From contig OZ024742.1 of the NCBI GenBank assembly GCA_964016885.1, forward strand, positions 4,588,001 to 4,652,000: 64,000 nucleotides of DNA. The letters run 5' to 3'. Position 1 is the stretch's first letter; each line of letters begins with the position of its first letter. The position numbers and the translations under genes are program-made. Source of the DNA: Eledone cirrhosa (lineage: Eukaryota). Below the pieces are notes generated by a model. That model did not search any database. It had not been told where the DNA came from and was given only the letters and a program-made list of their open reading frames with translations. Shown in pieces: positions 9,586 to 19,900 of the stretch.

Positions 9586-9935
9586 TACCTCATTTTACTA
9601 GTCTCAAGAACGCGTCTACACGACGTGAGAAAGAATCCCAAAAGGCGGAGGGGGAGATAGTCACGCGATATAACGGTCGAGAAACAGAGCTAAGCCTCTT
9701 ATAACCACGAAGAAAATACCACGGAGGCGGAGGGGGTATTCATATCGAGGCCGTAGAAGAGGTAGTGAAGAAGGCGAGAAGTATGAGTAATGGAAGCTTT
9801 CCAGTTGTCCCCACACTTCAAAGATTGCTCGACCAGAGGGAGTTATTAATATATTTAGAAACACACAGATACATGCGGACACACACATATATACATGAAT
9901 GCATCCGCACCCAACTGTGAGTTCTTCTCTTCATA

Positions 9936-9938
<3 letters not shown>

Positions 9939-10014
<76 letters not shown>

Positions 10015-10029
10015 GAGAGAGAGAGAGAG
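9939..10029. repeat. (TA)n(GA)n microsatellite
   Basis: Direct reading. Confidence 0.96.
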
Positions 10030-10595
10030 TGATGGGACATAAATTCAAACAAAATAAATCAAAACATACAAATTAACATAATTAAACAGGCATCATAAAA
10101 AACGAAAAGCTGTTAGCTACAAATATCATCTCATATACATATGATTTTTGTAGTGGAGGATGAAGCACATTTTTTTGCTCTGTACAGAAGGCCCAGACCT
10201 TTTATGTTGGGTCAGGCTTCTGCCTGCTTCTAGTACCATGTAATCCAGAACAACCCACAATTGGCCAAGCGTGGTGAGTATGGCTACATCCCTGACATAT
10301 CGAAAACCAAACAGAAAACGGTGATGGTCAACCAGGTAGGAGTTCCTCCAACAGGAGTGAGATGGCCCTAGATTGGATTTAATAGGACAGGAAGATCAAT
10401 CTGTTGAGATGCCAGCTTTGCAATGTTAAGGTTGTAGTGATGTTCAGTGACAGGGGTGCCTTGCATTTTGAGAGCCTACAAAGTTCTCTAGCTCTAGGTT
10501 TCTCATATTTCAAGGAAGGGTGTATTTAAAATATGATGGCAACATATTGGATTGCAATTTATTTCTATATTTTTTTATTTATTTCTTCTTGAGAT

Positions 10596-10600
<5 letters not shown>

Positions 10601-10681
<81 letters not shown>

Positions 10682-10691
10682 CTCTCTCTCT

Positions 10692-10723
<32 letters not shown>
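10601..10723. repeat. (TC)n polypyrimidine microsatellite
   Basis: Direct reading. Confidence 0.96.
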
Positions 10724-11613
10724 GTATATATAGTGTTCTTGGCTTGAAGTCATATTTCTTTTCGTCAACTATTCATAGATTTCCTACCAACTGCAAAATA
10801 TATTTTCCGGAAACCGGAAGCATCTGATGCCAAATAATGGAGTTGTCAATGAAATATTGCATTTGATATTTTACCTGAATAAAACGGACCGTTTATCGTC
10901 GATAACTTTAAATATTTAATTATAACTCTAATAAATAAAACAAAATTGGCAGAATGAGAAGAATATATATAGCATTCATTATAATATGCAGGAAATATAA
11001 CGAGAGCTGCTCTGTATTCTGATATTTCCTATATATCGTATAACTGAAATTTAATATGAATCGTATCTGACGAAACAAACAACTGAAATATACATATATA
11101 TTATAAAGAATATAAAGAAAGGTGAAAACACGATATCAGAAATTATATTGATAGCTTTCATACATTATGGAAATAAAAGATGATTGATTATTCAGCTGAT
11201 CGTTAAAATACTGTCAAGATTATGTAAAGGAATGAGTCCATATATGGGTAAATGATCAGGAAAATAAAAATAATAAAAATGGGAAAATAATCTAATAGAT
11301 TGTTTATGTATTATTATTTGCGGATTTTCAAAATTTCAATAAATATAAGGATAAATTATTACCCGCAAATACTAAACATTTTCTTTTCATACATTTTATA
11401 AAAAACGACCGTCTCTCACAATCGAGTATGACTTGGTATTGTACACCATGAAGAAGCTAAGGGTGTTAAGTGTCCATTGCAGTAGCAAGCCGACACATGC
11501 ACCTCCTCACGTGAGATGCAGCCTCAAAGAAGACCAGATAAACCAAATTAAATAGATAAGGAGATAACATGGTTTTGGTTTATTTCGTTACGTTAGGAAT
11601 ATTAATAACACAC

Positions 11614-11630
11614 ATATATATATAAATGTG

Positions 11631-11710
<80 letters not shown>
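11614..11710. repeat. (TA)n(TG)n microsatellite
   Basis: Direct reading. Confidence 0.96.
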
Positions 11711-11711
<1 letters not shown>

Positions 11712-11927
11712 TATCCTTTTTTCGCCCTCTTATTCCTGAGAGAGTCATGAGTCCTGTCAAGAGCAACAGTCTCCAACTGATCCGGCTGCAACCCCAAGCG
11801 AGACCAGCCAAGCTCGTGAATGTTGTCCAACCATCTTGCTCGCGGTCTATCCCTGGGTCTCCTGCCGGTTGATTTTGTCAGGAGAATCTGCCCAGAGATT
11901 CTTTCCTGAGACATGCTAACCACATGC
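11711..11927 (-). mobile_element. RTE-clade LINE 3'-end fragment ending in (CA)n
   Basis: HVVSMSQERISGQIL...GRRPRDRPRARWLDNIHELGWSRLGL...VALDR matches the RTE ORF C-terminal pattern GHV.RM...R.....G.R..GRP+.RW.D...A.DR. Confidence 0.8.
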
Positions 11928-12089
11928 TACGATCTTATTATACATTCACTCTACTCTTCCAAGTACTTAGCTTAACATAGTCTTACCAGTCTAAACTTTC
12001 TCCCTCTCTTATTATCTTATATAGATGGTAGAACACTGGAAGGAAATATCCGTAGTGGTAGAGCACTCAGTCCATGGTACGATTTAGGT

Positions 12090-12281
12090 AGAAGTGGTTA
12101 CACAATGGTTAGTTCACCATACCGAGAACAATTGTTTCACCTTAGCGGATCCTCAGCTCGTAATGGACATGGTTATACGGAACGGCTGTTCCGTATAACC
12201 ATGTCCATTACGAGCTGCGGATCCGCTAAGCTGAACCAATTGTCCTCGGTATGGTGAACTAATTGCTGTGTAACCACTTCT
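12090..12281. repeat. Spacerless 192-bp palindrome
   Basis: 96-bp arms, centre 12185/12186 (GGAACGG|CTGTTCC), 9 mismatches by eye, no indels. Confidence 0.95.
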
Positions 12282-12292
12282 CTATATATATT

Positions 12293-12601
12293 TAAAGAAT
12301 TAGTATATCTACCAACATATATATACAGATGTATACCTATGCAAGCAAATATATAGGTTTTGTCTTAGTAACTTTGTGGTTCAATGCAAGGGGATGCAGA
12401 ACAATTATATGAAAAATGTAAAATAAGAAAATTATAGTAATTAACTTACTTAAATTTCACGCCACTCTTATTTTATGTTTTTAATATAATTGTTCTGCAT
12501 CCCCTTGCATTGAACCACAAAGTTACTAAGACTAAACCTATATATTTGCTTGCATAGATATACATCTGTATATATATGTTAGTAGAGATACTAATTCTTT
12601 A
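12293..12601. repeat. Inverted repeat, 136-bp arms (12293-12428 / 12466-12601), 37-nt loop
   Basis: The arms are reverse complements with 7 mismatches by eye and no indels. Confidence 0.95.
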
Positions 12602-13011
12602 TAATTATCCCCAAATTATTTTGTTGAGCAAAAATTTGCCAAAATTACTACTATAGTTCATAATAAAAGCTTGGCTACTGTCTTTTTAACACCCCACTCC
12701 TCACTGATTAACCTCGATGTCACGTAATTGATTCTTTTGAATTTGCCACCGAACAAGAAGGCAGTGATTTTTTCAGTCTCTTGGAATCTAGTCCCCGCTT
12801 GCTCTTTTCCATCAACTGAATATTTTTGTATAAGTTCCCTGTGTCCGCGCATCGCCAGGAATCTTAGCTGAGAATGACTCCCTGATGACGAAAAGATTTA
12901 TCCATAATCTACATTTGGAGACTATGTATATTCCCTTTCAGAAACTAATTAGTTGGAGTGAAATTTAAGTAAGTAAGCTAACTACTATGATTTTCTTATT
13001 TTACGTTTTTC

Positions 13012-13031
13012 ATATATATATACACACACAG

Positions 13032-13123
<92 letters not shown>
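13012..13123. repeat. (TA)n(CA)n(TA)n microsatellite
   Basis: Direct reading. Confidence 0.96.
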
Positions 13124-13126
<3 letters not shown>

Positions 13127-13162
13127 GAAGTTATAGTTCACTTGAAGTGTTGTGTAATGAGG

Positions 13163-13556
13163 TATAAACGTTTGAATTTGTAAAGCCAAACAATGCAGGT
13201 ATGGACATACAATAAAAAAATGCAAATTCAAAAGCTATTGTTGACAATTAGTCTTTTACCTTAGATTTATTTAAATGTCCTTAATTTTAGAGATAATATC
13301 TCTTCTTCGGAGGAAAGTAAACCGGTTAAACCAGTGTTCTAAATAGCTTACCAAGGCATGATTTGGCAAGCTATTTAGAACACTGGTTTAACCGGTTTAC
13401 TTTCCTCCTCCGAAGAGATATTATCTCGAAAACTAAGGACATTTAAATATATCGAAGGTAAAAGACTAATTGTCAACAATATCTTTTGCATTTTCATTTT
13501 GTTTTATTCTATGTCCATACCTGCATTGTTTGGCTTTACAAACACAAACGTTTATA
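13163..13556. repeat. Near-spacerless ~394-bp palindrome
   Basis: TATAAACGTTTG...CAAACGTTTATA with centre at CATG (13357-60). There is a perfect ~38-bp inner stem GGAAAGTAAACCGGTTAAACCAGTGTTCTAAATAGCTT / complement. Confidence 0.95.
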
Positions 13557-13952
13557 TATATATATATTTGCATATATAGATCTAGGCTTCCCCACCTAGA
13601 TTGAACTGTTCAGTGAGTGCGAGGAATTTTACGTTCAATTTCCTACACAAAAAAAAATATTGTAAGAATGTATTGAATTCTTCTTCTAACGGTGGTCTTA
13701 ACTAGTATAACATATGGTTGATACTGTCAGATAGACATTTAAACGCATCGATAGTTCGCTTTGTGTTCAACCATTTTCAGTTTTACATTTGAAAGGTGGG
13801 TTATAGCCCTGAAATATTACGTTGAAATATACTGGGTAGAAACTATTGTGTTTTGTTTGATTTGCCATCCTTTGTCAATTATATCCTTCTAGGGCATTGT
13901 ACGTCCTTTCTAAAACTGATCAGTATCACCTGATTGGTATTAGACATTAGCA

Positions 13953-16900
13953 AGTAGTCATAGTCAAGTGGTATAGTAGTCATAGTAAAGTTGTATAGTA
14001 GTCAGAGTTATGTGGTATAGTAGTCATAGTTATGTGGTATAGTAGTTATAGTTATGTGGTATAGTAGTTATAGTTATGTGGTATAGCAGTTATAGTTATG
14101 TGGTATAGTAGTCATAGTTATGTTGTATAGTAGTTGTAGTTATGTGGTATAGTAGTTATAGTCAGATGGTATAGTAGTTATAGTTATGTGGTATAGTAGT
14201 TATAGTTATGTGGGAAAGTAGTTATAGTCAGATGGTATAGTAGTTATAGTTATGTGGTATAGTAGTTATAGTTATGTGGGAAAGTAGTTATAGTCAGATG
14301 GTATAGTAGTTATAGTTATGTGGTATAGTAGTTATAGTCATGTGGTATAGTAGTCATAGTCAAGTGGTATAGTAGTTATAATCAGATGGTATAGTAGTTA
14401 TAGTTATGTGGTATAGTAGTTATAGTTATCTGGTATAGTAGTTATAGTTATGTGGTATAGTAGTTATAGTTATGTGGTATAGTAGTTAGAGTCAGATGGT
14501 ATAGTAGTTATAGTTATGTGGTATAGTAGTTATAGTTATGTGGTATAGTAGTCATAGTCAAGTGGTATAGTACTTATAGTCATAGGGTATAGTAGTTATA
14601 GTTATGTGGGATAATAGTTATAGTTATAGTTATGTGGTATAGTAGTTATAGTTATGTGGTATAGTAGTTAGAGTCAGATGGTATAGTAGTTATAGTTATG
14701 TGGTATAGTAGTTATAGTTATGTGGTATATTATTCATAGTTAGATGGTATAGTATTGAGAGTCAGATGGTATAGTATTGAGGGTCAGATGGTATAGTAGC
14801 TATAGTTATGTGGTATAGAAGTCATAGTTATGTGGTATAGTAGTTATAGTGATGTTGTATAATAGTTATAGTTATATGGTATAGTAGTTATAGTTATGTG
14901 GTATAGTAGTCATAGTTAAGTTGTATAGGAGTTACAGTTATGTGGTATAGTAGTTATAGTCACATGGTATAGTAGTTATAGTTATGTGCTATAGTAGTTA
15001 TAGTTATGTGGTATAGTAGTTATAGATATGTGGTATAGTAGTTATATTTATGTGGTATAGTAGTTATAGACAGATGGTATAGTAGTTATAGTTATGTGGT
15101 AGAGTAGTTATAGTTATGTGGTATAGTAGTTATAGTTATGTGGTATAGTAGTCATAGCTATGTGGTGTAGTAGTTATAGTTATGTGGTATAGTAGTCATA
15201 GTTATGTGGTATAGTAGTTATAGTTATGTGGTATAGTAGTCATAGTTATGTGGTATAGTAGGTATAGTTATGTGGTATAGTAGTTATAGTCAGATGGTAT
15301 AGTAGTTATAGTTATGTGGTATAGTAGTTATAGTTATGTGATATAGTAGTTATAGTTATGTGGTATAGTAGTTATAGTTATGTGGTATAGTAGTTATAGT
15401 TATGTGGTATAGTAGTCATAGTTATGTGGTATAGTAGTCATAGTTATGTGGTATAGTAGTCATAGTTATGTGGTATAGTAGTTAGAGTTATGTGGTATAG
15501 TAGTTACAGTTATGTAGTATAGTAGTTATAGTTATGTGGTATATTAGTCATAGTTATGTGGTATAGTAGTTAGAGTTATGTGGTATAGTAGTTATAGTTA
15601 TGTAGTATAGTAGTTATAGTTATGTGGTATAGTAGTTATAGTTATGTGGTATAGTAGTCATAGATATGTGGCATAGTAGTTATAGTTATGTGGTATAGTA
15701 GTTATAGTCAGATGGTATAGTAGTTATAATTATGTGGTATAGTAGTTATAGTTATGTGGTATAGTAGTTATAGTTATGTGGTATAGTAGTTATAGTCAGA
15801 TGGTATAGTAGTTATAGTCAGATGGTATAGTAGTTATAGTCAGATGGTATAGTAGTTATAGTTATGTGCTATAGTAGTCATAGTTATGCGATATGGTAGT
15901 TATAGTCAGATGGTATAGTAGTTATAGTTATGTGGTATAGTAGTTATAGTTATGTGGTATGGTAGTTATAGTTATGTGGTATAGTAGTTATAGTTATGTG
16001 GTATAGTAGTTATAGTCAGATGGTATTGTAGTTATAGTTATGTGGTATAGTAGTTATAGTTATGTGGTATAGTAGTCATAGTCAAGTGGTATAGTAGTTA
16101 TAGGCATAGGGTATAGTAGTTATAGTTATGTGGGATAATAGTTATAGTTATAGTTATGTGGTTTAGTAGTTATAGTTATGTGGTATAGTAGTCATAGTTA
16201 TGTGGTATAGTAGTTATAGTCAGATGGTATAGTAGTCATAGTTATGTGGTATAGTAGTTATAGTCATGTGGTATAGTAGTCATAGTCAAGTGGTATAGTA
16301 GTTATAATCAGATGGTATAGTAGTTATTGTTATGTGGTATAGTAGTTATAGTTATCTGGTATAGTAGTTATAGTTATGCGGTATAGTAGTTATAGTTATG
16401 TGGTGTAGTAGTTAGAGTCAGATGGTATAGTAGTTATAGTTATGTGGTATAGTAGTTATAGTTATGTGGTATAGTAGTCATAGTCAAGTGGTATAGTAGT
16501 TATAGTCATAGGGTATAGTAGTTATAGTTATGTGGGATAATAGTTATAGTTATAGTTATGTGGTATAGTAGTTATAGTTATGTGGTATAGTAGTTAGAGT
16601 CAGATGGTATAGTAGTTATAGTTATGTGGTATAGTAGTTATAGTTATGTGGTATAGTAGTTGTAGTTATGTGGTATATTATTCATAGTTAGATGGTATAG
16701 TATTGAGAGTCAGATGGTATAGTAGTTATAGTTATGTGGTATAGTAGTTATAGTTATGTGGTATAGTAGTTATAGTCAGAGGGTATAGTAGTTATAGTTA
16801 TGTGGTATAGTAGTTATAGTCAGATGGTATAGTAGTTATAGTTATGTGGTATAGAAGTCATAGTTATGTGGTATAGTAGTTATAGTTATGTTGTATAGTA

Positions 16901-19900
16901 GTTATAGTTATATGGTATAGTAGTTTTAGTTATGTGGTATAGTAGTCATAGTTAAGTTGTATAGGAGTTATAGTTATGTGGTATAGTAGTTATAGTTATG
17001 TGCTATAGTAGTTATAGTTATGTGGTATAGTAGTTATAGTCACATGGTATAGTAGTTATAGTTATGTGGTATAGTAGTTATAGATATGTGGTATAGTAGT
17101 TATATTTATGTGGTATAGTAGTTATAGACAGATGGTATAGTAGTTATAGTTATGTGGTAGAGTAGTTATAGTTATGTGGTATAGTATTTATAGTTATGTG
17201 GTATAGTAGTCATAGTTATGTGGTATAGTAGTTATAGTTATGTGGTATAGTAGTCATAGTTATGTGGTATAGTAGGTATAGTTATGTGGTATAGTAGTTA
17301 TAGTCAGATGGTATAGTAGTTATAGTTATGTGGTATAGTAGTTATAGTTATGTGATATAGTAGTTATAGTTATGTGGTATAGTAGTTATAGTTATGTGGT
17401 ATAGTAGTTATATTTATGTGGTATAGTAGTCATAGTCAGATGGTATAGTAGTTATAGTTATGTGGTATAGTAGTTATAGTCAGATGGTATAGTAGTTATA
17501 GTTATGTGGTATAGTAGTTATAGTTATGTGATATAGTAGTTATAGTTATGTGGTATAGTAGTTATAATTATGTGGTGTAGTAGTTATAGTTATGTGGTAT
17601 AGTAGTCATAGTCAGATGGTATAGTAGTTATAGTTATGTGGTATAGTAGTTATAGTCAGATGGTATAGTAGTTATAGTTATGTGGTATAGTAGTTATAGT
17701 CAGATGGTATAGTAGTTATAGTTATGTGGTATAGTAGTCAAAGTTATGTGGTATAGTAGTTATAGTTATGTTGTATAGTAGTCATAGTTATGTTGTATAG
17801 TAGTTATAGTTATGTGGTATAGTAGTCATAGTTATGTGGTATAGTAGTCATAGTTATGTGGTATAGTAGTCATATTTATGTGGTATAGTAGTTAGAGTTA
17901 TGTGGTATAGTAGTTACAGTTATGTAGTTTGTAGTTATAGTTATGTGGTATATTAGTCATAGTTATGTGGTATAGTAGTTAGAGTTATGTGGTATAGTAG
18001 TTATAGTTATGTAGTATAGTAGTTATAGTTATGTGGTATAGTAGTTATAGTTATGTGGTATAGTAGTCATAGATATGTGGCATAGTAGTTATAGTTATGT
18101 GGTATAGTAGTTATAGTCAGATGGTATAGTAGTTATAATTATGTGGTATAGTAGTTATAGTTATGTGGTATAGTAGTTATAGTTATGTGGTATAGTAGTT
18201 ATAGTCAGATGGTATAGTAGTTATAGTCAGATGGTATAGTAGTTATAGTTATGTGCTATAGTAGTCATAGTTATGCGATATAGTAGTTATAGTCAGATGG
18301 TATAGTAGTTATGGTTATGTGGTATAGTAGTTATAGTTATGTGGTATGGTAGTTATAGTTATGTGATATAGTAGTCATAGTTATGTGGTATAGTAGTCAT
18401 AGATATGTGGTATAGTAGTCATAGTCATGTGGTATAGTAGTTAGAGTTATGTGCTATAGTAGTTATAGTTATGTGGTAAAGTAGTTATAGTCAGATGGTA
18501 TAGTAGTTATAGACAGATGATATAGTAGTTATAGTTATGTGGTATAGTAGTCATAGTCAGATGGTATAGTAGTTATAGTTGTGTGGTATAGTAGTTATAG
18601 TTATGTGGTATGGTAGTTATAGTTATGTGGTATAGTAGTCATAGTCAAGTGGTATAGTAGTTATAGTCAGAAGGTATAGTAGTTATAGTTATGTGGTATA
18701 ATAGTTATAGTTATGTGGTATAGTAGGTATACTTATATGGTATAGTAGTTATAGTACTGTGCTATAGTAGTCATAGTTATGTGGTATAGTAGTTATAGTT
18801 ATGTGGTATAGTAGTTATAGATATGTTGTATAGTAGTTATGTCGTATAGTAGTTATAGTTATGTGGTATAGTAGTTATAGGTATGTGGTATAGTAGTTAT
18901 AGTTATGTGGTATAGTAGTTATAGTTATGTGGCATAGTAGTCATAGTTATGTGGTATAGCAGTTATAGTTATGTTGTATAGTAGTCATAGTTATGTGGTA
19001 TAGCAATTATAGTTATGTGGTATAGTAGTCATAGTTGTGTGGTGTAGTAGCTATAGTTATGTGGTATAGTAGTTATGGTTATGTGGTATATTAGTTATAG
19101 TTATGTGGTAGAGTAGATAGAGTTATGTGGTATAGTAGTTATAGTTATGTGGTATAGTAGTCATAGTTATGTGGTATAGTAATTAGAGTTATGTGGTATA
19201 GTAGTTATAGTTATGTGGTATAGTAGTCATAGTTATGTGGTATAGTAGTTATACGTATGTGGTGTAGTAGTTATAGTCACATGGTATAGTAGTTATAGTT
19301 ATGTGGTATAGTAGTTATAGTTATGTGGTATAGTAGTTATAGTTATGTGGTATAGTAGTTATAGTCAGATGGTATAGTAGTTATAGTTATGTGGTATAGT
19401 AGTCATAGTTATGTGGTATAGTAGTTATAGTTGTGTGGTATAGTGGTTATCGTCAGATGGTATAGTAGTTATAGTTATGTGGTATAGTAGTTATAGTTAT
19501 GTGATATAGTAATTATAGGTATGTGGTATAGTAGTTATAGTTATGTGGCATAGTAGTCATAGTCAGATGGTATAATAGTTATAGTCAGATGGTATAGTAG
19601 TTATAGTTATGTGGTATAGCAGTTATAGTTATGTGGTATAGTAGTTATAGTTATGTGGTATAATATTCATAGTTAGATGGTATAGTATTGAGAGTCAGAT
19701 GGTATAGTAGTTATAGTTATGTGGTATAGTAGTCATAGTTATGTGGTATAGTAGTTATAGTTATGTGGTATAGTAGTTATAGTTATGTGGTATAGTAGTT
19801 ATAGTTATGTGGTATAGTAGTGATAGTTATGTGGTATAGTAGTTACAGTTATGTGGTATAGTAGTTATAGTCAGATGGTATAGTAGTTATAGTTATGTGG

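Larger units (their letters stand above)
8671..9923 (-). repeat. 591-bp tandem repeat (2 full units + 71-bp partial), one hammerhead per unit; retrozyme-/pLTR-like
   Basis: ATTTAGAAACACACAG starts at 8671, 9262 and 9853. The units differ at only about three positions seen by eye. Flanked by (TA)n on both sides. Confidence 0.93.

Noticed and set aside
9070-9888. Duplicated 75-aa minus-strand ORF in the 591-bp repeat
   Set aside because: It begins in a TG-rich low-complexity stretch and has no motif. It is duplicated only because the unit is.
10160-11560. Higher-complexity stretches (10160-10520, 11400-11540) that may be further TE fragments or exons
   Set aside because: I found no ORF, motif or internal repeat that I can support without a database search.
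12882-12900. CTGATGACGAAA hammerhead-like word
   Set aside because: There is no room for helix II and no helix I pairing.
12979-12988. TAACTACTAT matching the satellite minus strand (also TAGTCATAGTC in the pLTR at 507-517)
   Set aside because: 10-11-nt matches in AT-rich DNA are expected by chance. They are not enough to claim a satellite origin from these elements.
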